A stretch of DNA of 54,287 nucleotides, counting the filler, from Bipalium vagum (lineage: Eukaryota): assembly GCA_037834085.1 (NCBI GenBank). It is 3 parts of 3 records of this genome, joined end to end, with 100 filler letters (N's around TTAATTAATTAA, not from the genome) between each part and the next. Parts side by side here need not be neighbours in the genome. Positions count along the whole stretch, not along the records: positions 1 to 17,085 come from JBBMKC010079177.1; 2 more parts are not named here. One strand, 5' to 3'. The notes under the pieces are model-generated. The model worked only from the letters and a program-made list of their open reading frames with translations, was not told where the DNA came from and searched no databases. Positions 1 through 12,435 of the stretch are shown one piece after another. The position numbers were made by a program, and so were the translations under genes. Within the stretch, counting starts at the first letter, position 1, and each line of letters begins with the position of its first letter.

Positions 1-400
1 CAAAGCCGGATCTGCATACAAAGAAAGTGATGTTATGCATTTGGTGGGATTGGAAGGGCATTGTTTATTATGAGCTGATTCCATTTGACCACACTATAAA
101 TGCGGAAAGGTATTGCGTTCAGTTAACAAAATTGAAAAAAGAGATCCAGAAGAAACGACCGGAATTGGTGAACAGAAAGAACGTGGTCTTTTTGCAGGAC
201 AACGCTACACCACATACTGCTTTGGCGACAAAACAATAAATAAAGGACTTTGGTTGGGAAGTAATGCAGAACCCACCGTACTCGCCAGACTTAGCTTCTT
301 CGGACTATCACCTCTTCCGATGTCTTCATAATCATCTGAACAATAAAACATTTAATTCAATGGAGGATATCAAAAAGTACCTGGAGAATTATTCTGCAGA
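1..400 (+). mobile_element. Mariner transposase relic, C-terminal DDD region
   Basis: KPDLHTKKVMLCIWWDWKGIVYYEL...FLQDNATPH, then after a stop/frameshift PPYSPDLASSDYHLFRCL. These are canonical mariner motifs, disrupted. Confidence 0.92.
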
Positions 401-1071
401 AAAATATATATTATAATATATTTGAAATAAAAGTTATTTTGAAATCACAAAGACAAACAAAAATACAGTCAGCATGTAAAACAAACTATATTAATAGTAA
501 ATTGTTTATTGATTCGTAGACTTTAAATGTTATTTCCTGAAAAAATTCTTATTCCAAATGTTATTTAATTAAAATGACAAAGTAAGTCTATTTATTATCA
601 GAAAATAGTCCTCTATATATCTTATTAACTAAGGCTCTAACACGTCTACTAAAGTTAGTGTAGGAGCATGGATTTTGAGATCATCCATAACTTCAAAAAC
701 AAGAGTCTCAAGTTCATCAGCTGAATTTGGATGAAACATATTGATAAATATCTGTATTTTTATTTCAGCATGAAGTAATTCAGTTTGACAGCATAAAGGT
801 TCATTTGTGGGATTATTAATGGTCAACCTAAAATGTAGGCGACCGAATGACCTTTGAAATATTATAGAACGTGTCACATGTAAAAAATTGCATAATTTTT
901 AGAGGCTAGTAAAACGCGTGTCTTGGAATTAATTATACCTTAAGATAATCATCACCTATTATCCAATAGCTGTCAAGTAAAGGTAAGGTTTGCTTTTTAT
1001 GTTGACTTTGTCTGAGTTACAAAAAATTTAAGTCCAAATATTTTAAATAAATTGAGTATTATTATTTGGAT

Positions 1072-1950
1072 ATATTAGGTTGGTAAATAAGGAAGGTCGT
1101 TTTCTGCATAGTTGAACTAGATGCAATGTTTTTTAAAATTTTTAAGTACCTAATGAATGATATATATCAATTATATATAAGTTATATCAAACAGTGAATT
1201 CTGGAATGTAATATGATAATATTTTTAAGTTATTATTTAAAAATTTGGAAATGAGAGCCTTGAGGATAGAAGGCATAGTATCCTAATATCAGCTCTTTAC
1301 AACGAAATAATAATGGTATAAATCGATGCAGATTTATTTATAAGGTGTGTATCAAAAGTCAAGATAGCTCACTGAATAATTGAGTCTATAATATTAAAGA
1401 AATAGGACTAAGAAAAACAGAGAAAGAAATGGAGATGCGAAAAAACTAGAAAAATGATTTTCACCTGAATTGTAAGAAAAAAATTAGAGTTATAAATTTT
1501 CGTTGATACTGATTATTGTTACAGAAAAGACATATTCCTCAACTATGTTCTAAGGTTTGACAAGAAATGGAATCTCAATCAAGATGAATTACTAAAATAC
1601 TTTCTCAAATACTTTCTATCTAAAGAAGATAATGTTAACAGCATAGTGGTCACAATCCGCTTTGTTTCATTACAGTCTCATTCTAGAAGATTAGAGTGGA
1701 AATATAACTGATGAAATCAAGGAAAAAAAAGTTTCAACGTATATTGGAATTCAGAAAAAAATCCTGCGTGTTTCAAATTTAACTCTGCAATCAGTGAAAC
1801 TTTGCTTTATCAACATTATTTGCCATGCTTGGCGCCGACGGATTACTATTTATTCAAACATCTCAGAAATTTCCTCATTCAAAAATTGCCCTAAAACCAA
1901 GATGATACTGAAACGATCCTTTAAGAGTTAGTCGACTTCAGAACTCTTTT
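1072..1950 (+). mobile_element. Highly decayed mariner element
   Basis: TIR-like TATTAGGTTGGTAAATAAGGAAGGTCGTTTT at ~1072 and a PCLAPTDYYLFKHLRNF (YSPDLAPxDY-like) motif at ~1823-1873. Confidence 0.65.
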
Positions 1951-2339
1951 TTTACGTTTTTTACTATTTAAACTCTTAGTTGTAATTATAAAACTAAAAG
2001 TTATGTTTCAATCTGACTATTTATTAAGTAGTGTAACAAAAATCAGTTTGAACAGGTAAAACTTTTTTGGTATTTCAGTGCTGTTAACTTAATATTCACA
2101 GTGAAAACAATACAAATAAAATAATTGATCAAGGTAACCGAGAGAAAAATAATCAATTGATTTTAAAATAAAATATCGATCAACCAATCCAATCTCAATC
2201 TCGATCCAGTCACTAGTGAATAATCACAACAAGTAAACAAATAAATAAAACGAATCTATCTTCAAATAGCTCAAATTCAAAATTCATAACAATTATAAAT
2301 AAAATATGAAATTTTAAAAAAACTAATAACAATTAATCG

Positions 2340-4240
2340 GTTTAACCAATAGGGAATTTTATTCAACCCATGGGCCATCAGACTACTTTCGGCTGTCTAA
2401 AGATGACGGAGGGCCACAGGATTGTCTATGTTGACTGTTGATACAGTATGCGGAGAGACTAGACTTACCACAGGTCTACAATATGTGCTAAAGGCGAAGA
2501 TTGAAATGACGGAATGGAATACAACTCAAATTCTGCACATCCATAAGCCCAAAAGGATGGCATTAAACGTTCCAAAACTTCAAACACCGTGCATTTTGGT
2601 GGATGAAGCAAAATCCATTCGTATTGAAAGAGCTATGAAATTATTGAATAAAAGGAAGGAAATTCCATAAAAAAATCAACCACAAGATGAATCACTATCA
2701 TTGTTATCATCATACGAGGACATAAACTTTTTTGGAGGCAATATATCTGGTGAGGAAATATTTGTAGTTGATGCTTCCAAATATCAGATAAAATCCTCGA
2801 AATGTCCAAACAAAAACTATGTAATTAAGAACAAAAAAACCACAGGATTGGATAAACACATTCAAACATATCACCACACAACCTTAACAAGACTCCAGAA
2901 AAAGAGGTGTTACTGTGGTCTAATCCTGCAGAGAGATATGTTTTATCATCTTATCGATGCGCATCCGGATAGCGGCGTTTTATCACATCAGTTGTTTACG
3001 AATATCTCTGAGATTTCGGTCACTTCCGGTGACCTAGACTCAAATTGACTAAGCCGGCTGGGAATCGAGGCTCTAATCCGATTTAGAATCTCAAATGATA
3101 CTACAACCTCATTCATTCGACCGGGTCCTGCTGTAGTCCTCCTTCGAAAGAAGATTGAAGATTTTTACACAAAACTTCCCTTTGCTATTACATTTGACTG
3201 GAAAAACATCCTCTGGTTGATGAACTGGGAGGGGAAACATTGACTCCTCTTTATTGCTGTCAATTCATCGCATCAGGCATTCCTCCTGGATCCAGCTCAA
3301 AGTGAATTGGATGTGAAGCAAAAGGTGTTTCACAACTTTCTCACAAAAATTGTGCAATATTTATCCTACCCCCAAAACAAATTGTTCCTCATGCCATCTG
3401 TCATAAGGGGTTTACCACTACAGGGAGATGACAATAATTGTGGATATTTTGTCTACAATTATGCCATCGACTATTGCCTAAAGGATCGGGCCTTTACGGC
3501 ATCGAATATTAATAGGATTAAGGAGGAACTAGTAGCACTGGTAGGAGGGATAATTGACCAAAGAAGAAAGCCTAAGAAGCGAAGAAAGAAACACAAAAAG
3601 AACTCATCTCCATGCTCCCGATACTCGAGGACGAAAATGCGGACTTGGAGATGATTTTGAAGGCAGGGAGAAGAGCTATATCTTCCCTGGATCCGATGCG
3701 TTATTTTGTCTAAGGTAAATAAAGTAAGTAATTACTTGTCAGTAATTACTTCCCAAGTAATGATGATTTTATAAATAACTTAACTAAGTCGGTTCCGCTG
3801 CCAATAGATAGGAACTTTTGGGATGAATTTCCATCTGTTAAGGAGACCATATAAGAGCTATTAACGATCGGAAAGGTGGAAGCGGCGTTTAAGAGGACTG
3901 GAAAATCCTCTCCTGAATCGGCCGGATTGACGTACGGGGACTGGATGAGTATAGACCCGGATCACTGGTTTTTCACCGCGGTCTATAACTTCATAGTTAG
4001 ATCTGGATGAATCCCCTCACAGTGGAAGAAATTCAATACAACACTACTCCCTAAGCCAGATAAGGACGATGCATTGCACTTAGTATCCTCCTGGAGACCT
4101 ATAGCTGTGATGGATACATCCTATAAAATCGTCATCCTCATTATAAATGCCAGAATGTTTGTATGGATACTGAGAGGGGTATCATCCATCGAAACCAGAA
4201 AGCATTAAATGCTTTCGATAGATGTGCGGAGCACAATGAA
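2340..4240 (+). mobile_element. 5' part of an RLE-type non-LTR retrotransposon (NeSL/R5-like): zinc fingers, Ulp1-like cysteine protease, N-terminal RT; truncated and decayed
   Basis: C2H2-like CPNK..HIQTYHH and CYCG..HLIDAH (2701-3048). Protease-like H(W->stop)...LLD...QGDDNNCGYFV (3238-3460). RT N-terminal motifs GKSSPESAGLTYGDW, IPSQWKKFNTTLLPKPDK, SWRPIAVMDTSYKI, NQKA..DRCAEHN (3850-4240). Confidence 0.85.
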
Positions 4241-7166
4241 TACATAATCAAATACCTAATGAAAATAATCAAATTGACGAAGAGACTTTATTTTGATGTA
4301 CCATATATTGTAATATTAAATAAATCGTTGTAAACTAATGTTGTATCATGATATTTTATCCATTACATTAAGTTCAACAGTGAAGCAGGTACTATTTAAC
4401 AATAGAAATGCTTCCTAAACTTTTGAAATGGACTGATATAACTTCTTACTGAGAAGGTTAACAAGTTTTAAGGTTTTTGTAACGGTTTATTTTATTAACT
4501 GAGAAATAAATGTTTGTACGTACATACTACGACTCTAGAATTAAAGAGCGTAGCATAAGTTTGCAATGGCAATCCCAAAAAAATACATATCCGAAGATAA
4601 TAAGTTATGTATAAAAGCTAATCCAGGGAAATTATTTAATGATTCAAGTTTATGAAAAGAAGTGGCAATTTTTGACACACCTGCTAACGAATATTATAAC
4701 ACTAAATATTATTTCATTTAGTCATAGAATAAATAATAGGGTAAGAAGTTAGCTTGAAATGAAACTGTATTACTTTATATAAAACCAGAGGAAATTGTTT
4801 GAAAGGGATCAATGTATTAATTACTATTACTATTAAGCAATTTTTTAACAAACAGAACATTAATTAATTAAATGCAAATTAAGAATTTCACCAGACCACA
4901 GTCTAAATTTGTATCTAATTTAACAAATTATTTCTTAATTTATTATGAAATATTAAAGCTTAAAAAATATAAAATGACATAAAATTCAATTTTTATTTTA
5001 ATATTTAATTATATTTCTTAATTTTATTTTCAACTTATTAAAAAATAATGTTAAATTATTTAATTTTTCAATATTTTTTGTATCAAATTTAAACCTCACT
5101 CCGACTCTTAGATGGTGAAAAATATCAACAATCAGTAAAGCAATATAATTTGTATTTATATCACAATGGTTCGCACAAACTATAATAATAACAATAACAA
5201 AAAATCGTCAAACTCAACAAAAGGATCACCAGAAATAGTAATTGTCAAAAATTAACCGAGGTAATCAAAACCAAACAGTTAATGTTAAATTTTTAATTGA
5301 ACATTAATCAAACTTACATAGTTAATTATAATATAGTTATATATTTTGCACGCTTATTGAGGGGTTGAATTGTGAGGAAATGCTTCTCCTTATATACTGA
5401 TTCTAAACTAACCAGTTTGGAGACGAGAACCCTCCAATTTCCCAAATTTGCTTCTTGATGATCATTTTTGGAGAGCTAATTGCTTCGTTTTCCCCATTTT
5501 CTCCCAAAATCTTCCATTAATTACTCTTTACAACGTATCATTATTATTTAAATTATTCTTGATAGGTTTTAATTAGGCTAAAAATAATCTTAGAGAAAAA
5601 TTTTTAAGGACGTTTTATGGGGTTAATTAAAATTTAATTAAACCTTAATTAATTAATTAAAAATTTATTTACATTTTAAAGGGGTATTTTATGGAGTATC
5701 GGATTTATTTTTTGAAGTTCCTGTGAGAAACTCAACATAATCAATAAATATTAAATGAATTTCAAAGAATTTGAAATTAATTATCAAAATTAAGTATTAA
5801 GTAAGTAAACATTTATTTATTATATTTATTTATTTATTTTATAAATTATTTATTATTATTATTATTTTACTTTATAATTTTTATAATTTTTATAATTTTT
5901 AATTTCAACATAAATATAAATAGGGAAGATTAAGATTTTAAGCATAAGATTTATATCAAGATTTTAGATCAAAAATATAAAAATTGAGTAATACATATTT
6001 ATTTTTAAGGTCTGGATATTAAGCTTTTTTTCGTAACCACTGATATATATAGCGTCCGAAACAATATTTTGACAATCTCTCTCAATAAAACTAAGGAAAA
6101 TTTTTGCAAATTTTATTTTCAAAGTAAAACAAGAAAAACTATGAAAACTTGAAAGAATACAACTATAAATATTTTAACAAAATTTTTAATAATAAGAAAT
6201 CATTCAAAGTAGAATTCCAAGGATAGTCAATTCACAGACCTGTGTTATTTTATCTGAAAATATAAATATATTATATATAAAATATAACAAATCATTGAAA
6301 ATTATTATGTTATGACTACTTCAAACTTTTTATTTCTAAATGAGTAATATAATTTTAAAAGTTAAGGTTTGAAGCTGTTATATTTTAAATATTTTGAATA
6401 ATATTTCATAAAAAATTTAATTTCAGATTGAAAATTGGTCACATCCCCCAAACACACAAGACTTTGTCCCAATTAATTATCATTTTTAAGAATAGTGAAT
6501 TAACAGAGAATAACAGTTTTGATCATATCTATGAAGCTAGAAGTTATTATGGTATGGAATTTTAAAAATGTTTGCCATAATGATAACAAGATGACAATAT
6601 TAACAATTGATTTTCTTCAATAAATCGAAGTTATCAAACAAATTTAATTATTTCACAATGAGATTTTCATTTCATTATTTAAATTTATTGATTTAATTTA
6701 AACATAAAATGTTATTATTTAATTGTTTACTTAATTAATATTCCATAATATTATTTTTCACATTCGATTATATTTAAAATGAAGNNNNNNNNNNNNNNNN
6801 NNNNNNNNNNNNNNNNNNNNNNNNNNNNNNNNNNNNNNNNNNNNNNNNNNNNNNNNNNNNNNNNNNNNNNNNNNNNNNNNNNNNNNNNNNNNNNNNNNNN
6901 NNNNNNNNNNNNNNNNNNNNNNNATATACCATATTAATATTAATATTATTTAAATTATAAAATTTCATAATATAATAACTCTTTATAACCTTAACATTTA
7001 AACAGGACGTAAAATTTGTAGAATATCTGAATTCTAGACAACGCTATGTTGAAATCTCCTATCATTTTTTTAAGAATTACCTTTTTTTTAAAGACCTCTT
7101 ACTTATTTTTATGAACAATCAATTTTAATCATTACGAATTTTGAGATGTCTATTTTATTGTTACCT

Positions 7167-10100
7167 TTATAAACTTTTTTCTAATGGTACACCATCTTCA
7201 GGTGTAATGACAACCAAGTAGGTGTCAATGTTACTGTTTTCTGTTACTGTTACATTTCCATGATATACGAATTCAAAATCTTTCTTCAACGTCTCTGCTA
7301 CGTAATCTGGAACTAGAATGCAAGCTTTATCGGGTGAGGTTTGACACATCAGGTCGGCCACATGTACAGTATCCCCCCAAACATCAAATATTGGTTTACT
7401 TGTCCCGATTAAACCTGTTAAAACCGGGCCAAAATTGTAACCGATTTTAAGATACAATTCAGTAGTTGTCACTCTGTTTTTTTCAATAATCAATTTGAAG
7501 TTATGATGCATTTCCACAGCAAAACTCATAAGACATTTGAGATGGTCGTCAGATTGGTCCCCATCATCAATCAATCCCGATGCTACCATATAACAATTGT
7601 TGATGGACCTAATTTTTTCCAGTTTTTTATAAACGGTTTTAACGTACATGTTATCGAATTTGCATATAATCATATTCAATAACTTCAAAGCCTTGTTTCC
7701 ACTTTCTATATCTTCTCTGTCGAATGATAGCAGAAAATTGGAAATGTACCCAAATATGATGCCCGCTTTTTCAAAATCTTTGGCATAATTGAAACTCATT
7801 TGCTTTTGATGTTTGTCTCCAACGATCTCCGAAAATACTGGTTTTGGAACTATGTTATAAAAGAGGCGTTCAGCGATGCTCTTTTCTCGTATTGCCTCAT
7901 CCTTTCGAATATCGGCTTCTCGAGCAATGAAAAAGTGCATTCTAATAATTCTTTCATTTTCTCTCGTTAAATAATAAACCAAAAGACAAACGTTAAGAAG
8001 CTGAAAAGTAAAATTACATTGGATCTGTATCATTCTATAGTTCAGGGCAGATGTAATATAAGAAGTACAATTGATAACGGACAACGGACTGTTGTTCGTG
8101 TTACCTTTCTGACCAAATATGACAAATTGTATGGGCAGCACTGTAAAGAGGCCTATTGTGACCAGTTTGACAATGCTCAATGTAGCAGATGATATGCAGC
8201 TGCCAATTAAACCGAAAATTGTCAAAGTCAAATAGGCTGCTGTATATGAATAATGGAGGTGGACCAGTTTCGTCTCGTGGAATGAAAATATCAAAACACT
8301 TGGCAAAGCGGAAATATAAACGCTGAAAAACAGTCTCATTACAGGATGGCTGCAGAAACAGTAGATAAACCGCAGGGCTGTGTTGTTGATCTCACTTTTA
8401 TAGAATAACGATATGAAAGCAACTATTACAACGACCAAATAGCTGCTACAATAAATCATTAGAGAATCGAGCTGAAATTCAACGATATCAGGAATCATTG
8501 TAAAAGCAACGAGCAATAAAACCGAGCTGTATATCAGACTTGCTATAGCATCAATCAATAGAGCCAACTTGATGGATACTATCCGTAGAGGTTCCACTTG
8601 ATCGGTCGTATGAAATAGATATTGGTGTTCGATCTCATTATCGAGAAACATTTGGGTCACTTTGTTGATGGGAGGATTTTTGAAAAATTCAATTGTCTGA
8701 TCTGGATCATGTTGAAGCATCTCAATTAGCTTCAATTCTCTTTTCACCTTTTGATCTTTCAAGATATATCTGCGAGACTGTTTGTTTTTCAGATACTTTT
8801 GTATGGTAAAAGAAACATGCATTTTATTCGATAAATTTTCTTGAAAAGTTGGACGGTGTTTAACTCTAAGGATTTTTTCCGGTCTCAAAATATCGGAACT
8901 ATCTAACGTTAAAAAATACGTTTGAATCTGAGAGGGTTTTGTAATTAATTGATCCATTTCAACCAGTTCAACTTTCTGTATTTCTAGTAAATGGCCTTCT
9001 TCGAATTTATATAAATTTTGTACAAATGAATAGGTATCCTCTGAAATATGGATCGATCCCGATTTCCCTTGGCATTTTAGACGGTGGGCAATTGTAGCAT
9101 CATAAGAAATGATATCAAATCGAAAGCGATGATTTCCCAATATGGCTGCTATCACTTGGCCGCTGTGAACTCCAATGCGCATTTCGATCTTTTCTTTATA
9201 ATCGAAATTGAATTTCACAATCATTCTAATGATTCCTATTCCCATTTCTATACAATGTATCGCATGAGCTGACTCAGGAGTCGGACATCCGGAAACGCAA
9301 TAATAACAGTCTCCCATTGTACATATCTTTTCACATTTATTTTCGGTTCCCAAATCATCAAGCCTGTCGAATAAATCATTCATCAACAAAACGACTTGTG
9401 TGACAGTTTTGTGGGAAATCATTTGATCGAATCCCACAATGTCAGCAAACAAAATACTGACATTGTCAAACTGTTCACAATAACACAAGTTGGACAGATT
9501 GTTATTTCTTACTTGATGTAAGATTTTTTCTCTGGCTCTGGTAGGAAAAGTAGCATCAACCCAGTATTGTTGGACTTCAATGGCCGAATCTATTTTCATG
9601 TTGGCTTCAACCTTTTGGGTCAACTTCATAAAGGCAGATTTTCTTCTGATTGAGTTGAAAAAACGCAAATACAAAGCCGTAAGGTATATCAAACAAAACA
9701 GAATACACTGGCCAGTTAGGAAATATTCCTTATTGCTCATACTGACTCGAAAGGCTCGAATGGATGTCAAAGGAGAATCGTAAAACTCCGTCATATTTAT
9801 CTTTTCAATGAATTTCTTCCGGTAATTGGAAATCAACACAAATATCATTATATAGATAACACTGAGCAACATGGTCAATAGAAATTTCAAACGGAATAAA
9901 GTGTACATCATCAAGATAATCAATACAGAAAGTGAATAGTGTACTTCCATGACTTCCATGTTGTCCGCTCCCAATATAACAGTATAGGTCATACAAATGA
10001 CGACCATTATTGACGAAAGGCGCATCATGACCACCGTTTGAACGACGTTTTTTGAGGCTATAAAGATGAAAAAGAAAATGCAAAAAATAACGAGGGCTAC

Positions 10101-10298
10101 GGACGGTCTGAATATTACTCCCCGTTCAGAAATATGGGACGAAATGATTTCGCAATAACAATAGAAAATTAAGATCTTCATTCCATTTCTCATTGACTTG
10201 ATATTGTTATTGTTCATAAGGGTATTGAAATAATCACTGAATATCGATGACTGTAAACTCATATGCTTGTTTAACTTGTCACAGGTAGTTTTGAACAT
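7167..10298 (-). CDS. ADCY9: Transmembrane adenylyl cyclase, ADCY9-like, intronless; probable catalytically impaired paralog
   Basis: 1043-aa ORF with M1-C1-M2-C2 layout. C1 has SILFADIVGF and KICTMGDCYYCVSGCP (AC9-type). C2 is degenerate: KIRSI, WGDTVHVADLM, no VKGKG. Confidence 0.9.
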   Translation of the reverse strand: MFKTTCDKLNKHMSLQSSIFSDYFNTLMNNNNIKSMRNGMKILIFYCYCEIISSHISERGVIFRPSVALVIFCIFFFIFIASKNVVQTVVMMRLSSIMVVICMTYTVILGADNMEVMEVHYSLSVLIILMMYTLFRLKFLLTMLLSVIYIMIFVLISNYRKKFIEKINMTEFYDSPLTSIRAFRVSMSNKEYFLTGQCILFCLIYLTALYLRFFNSIRRKSAFMKLTQKVEANMKIDSAIEVQQYWVDATFPTRAREKILHQVRNNNLSNLCYCEQFDNVSILFADIVGFDQMISHKTVTQVVLLMNDLFDRLDDLGTENKCEKICTMGDCYYCVSGCPTPESAHAIHCIEMGIGIIRMIVKFNFDYKEKIEMRIGVHSGQVIAAILGNHRFRFDIISYDATIAHRLKCQGKSGSIHISEDTYSFVQNLYKFEEGHLLEIQKVELVEMDQLITKPSQIQTYFLTLDSSDILRPEKILRVKHRPTFQENLSNKMHVSFTIQKYLKNKQSRRYILKDQKVKRELKLIEMLQHDPDQTIEFFKNPPINKVTQMFLDNEIEHQYLFHTTDQVEPLRIVSIKLALLIDAIASLIYSSVLLLVAFTMIPDIVEFQLDSLMIYCSSYLVVVIVAFISLFYKSEINNTALRFIYCFCSHPVMRLFFSVYISALPSVLIFSFHETKLVHLHYSYTAAYLTLTIFGLIGSCISSATLSIVKLVTIGLFTVLPIQFVIFGQKGNTNNSPLSVINCTSYITSALNYRMIQIQCNFTFQLLNVCLLVYYLTRENERIIRMHFFIAREADIRKDEAIREKSIAERLFYNIVPKPVFSEIVGDKHQKQMSFNYAKDFEKAGIIFGYISNFLLSFDREDIESGNKALKLLNMIICKFDNMYVKTVYKKLEKIRSINNCYMVASGLIDDGDQSDDHLKCLMSFAVEMHHNFKLIIEKNRVTTTELYLKIGYNFGPVLTGLIGTSKPIFDVWGDTVHVADLMCQTSPDKACILVPDYVAETLKKDFEFVYHGNVTVTENSNIDTYLVVITPEDGVPLEKSL

Positions 10299-11099
10299 AT
10301 TTTATAATGTATAGAAATATAATTAATCAATCGATTATTCATAAAATCATTATATGAATTTCGACATGTTTCATTATTGACTTTCAGTGAAAATTTTCTC
10401 TTCTAAATTTTCATTGTTTTTTAATAGTAAAGATTTTCTCAGGTCCCCCCTTTTTTCTCACATTTCCAATCTTCTTTTGACTACTTATTTAATGTTCTTA
10501 AAGCTTATTGAAGATATTATAATATGATAATATCAAAAGGTTGAAATAATAGCTCTTTAAGTGTGAAACATCCAACTTTAGTTGATATTTTGAATTTATT
10601 ATTTTAAATAATAAACATAAATATATTATGATAATCAATTAAACAATGAAAGTGTCATGATAATATGAACAGTTCACCAACTTATCGACAATGGAAGATA
10701 TGACAAAGATGATGTAAAAGTCTGCTGGTTCCAAATCTGGCAAATATGGATCGTTACGGATGTAATTGGATATGGATTTCTATTGAACTTAGCAAATATT
10801 TAGTATGAATTTAAAGTCTTATGTTAAAGTGAAGGCATTTGGTGACAGGGACTATATGTTTCTAAAGTTTTGAAAAACAAGTCCAGCTTTTGTATCACTT
10901 ATGTTCATCTAACCTCTCTCATAACCTATTCACTATTTTATAATGAAATCAAAAAAAGTAAGTATTCAATTAAATAAAAAAACAATTTGTCTCCAGAAAT
11001 TTCAATAAACAAAAATAATTATGGTGGCTCTCTTCTCAAAAAACTTAAAGGAATTATCTAAGTCACAAACCAGTTCTAATCCAAGATAAAATAAATTTT

Positions 11100-11980
11100 A
11101 CATTCTGTTTCCCACAAACCAGCATCTGTGCTAACAGCCTTTATTCATTATGGTAATTCTTCGTCACTTCAATTTGTTTATTTGTCTTATTATCCCTTAC
11201 TTGGATCCTTTCAATTATCAGATATTAAATACATTTTCAATAGGGTTCATATCTGGATTAGTAGTAGGCCGTGGCAGGACATTTAAGTCATTTCCTTGAA
11301 AAAAGTTTTTTGTTGATATGGAAACAAAAATTTTTTCTGTTGAAATAGTCTTTCAGTTGCTAGCAAAATATATGAATAACACAGGAGAACTGTTTTAACA
11401 GTATTTGATATACCTCTGAATTCAATATTCCTCATTGCACACTGTACAATGGTAAATAGTCATTAATGAAAAAGCACCCAAAATCATACAGTTGACTTGA
11501 CTTCGATTCTGCCACGTAGCTGGATATTTCTCAGCTTAATGTTCTCCCACAGGTGGACGAATATGTTGTGCAGGTATTTACGGAAAAACAACTCTCTTTA
11601 CTAAATGCTATGCGTGTCCAATCATCTATAATCCAGTACTGATGATTAGCTGCCCAATGGTTTTTTAGTTTCCGTATTATGTCATTCAACTTTAGTTTTA
11701 CTGATGGTCTATAAATTAGCAGTCCATTTGATATTAGTCTTCGTTGAATTGTCTTGACAAGAACAATAAGCAGAATTTTACTCTGTATTTGTAAAACATT
11801 ATGAACCTGTCACTTTCTCACAGTCACACAATGCACCACTCATCGCGAAGACTTGTAATTTTTATATTTCCATATAATTCTCCTCGACTTCGTTCAAGAT
11901 GGCCATTGTCTCATCTGTTGATAGCATCTTAAAACTATGGTTTGATTCAGCTTTAAATGATTTACCATTCTTTTGTAGCT
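11100..11980 (-). mobile_element. Tc1-like transposase relic
   Basis: Minus-strand WAANHQYWIIDDWTRIAFSKES and NVLPRPTTNPDMNPIEN (WP..SPDLNPIEN-like), with multiple disruptions. Confidence 0.75.
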
Positions 11981-11989
11981 CGATCTAGC

Positions 11990-12298
11990 ATAGAATTTTA
12001 CGGAAATAGTCAAAAAAGATGGAGTGTCACTGCTCAAACTTTTTTCATCTCTTCGAATGATTCACTGTCTTTTAATCCACACCTGTAGTCATATAGCATG
12101 CAACTGCACACCTGTTCTTTTGTCATCGGAGGATATGAGTCATTTGTACTTTTATTCAGCGTTTCTATTTTTAGTCTGGTGATGAAAATTTTGTTTTCAG
12201 GTTAGAAATTATTAAAGATTCAATAAAAAAGAATGCCACGTTCGCTTCTAACGACTGCTTGAGATTGACTCTGAGAACTTTTGTTAGAACCCTCGTAT
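11990..12298 (-). mobile_element. Mariner 5' end fragment
   Basis: TIR-like TACGAGGGTTCTAACAAAA at ~12298 (minus), followed by MTKEQVCSCMLYDYRCGLKDSESF, resembling the mariner N-terminal HTH. Confidence 0.6.
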
Positions 12299-12435
12299 AC
12301 ATGAGTTAATAAATATAAAATAAAACAAATAATAAATAACTTTTTCTTTAAAAAATTGATTTTAAAAAAACGAAAAAAATAATAATTTCTTGATGAACAT
12401 ATTTAATTAAAATTAATAATAAAAAGCTACAAAAG

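Noticed and set aside
629-877. 82-aa minus-strand ORF, possible terminal exon of an unknown gene
   Set aside because: No recognisable motif and no convincing upstream exons.
5100-5540. Possible solo LTR (TATA-like and polyA-like signals on the minus strand)
   Set aside because: No TG..CA termini, TSD or second copy identified.
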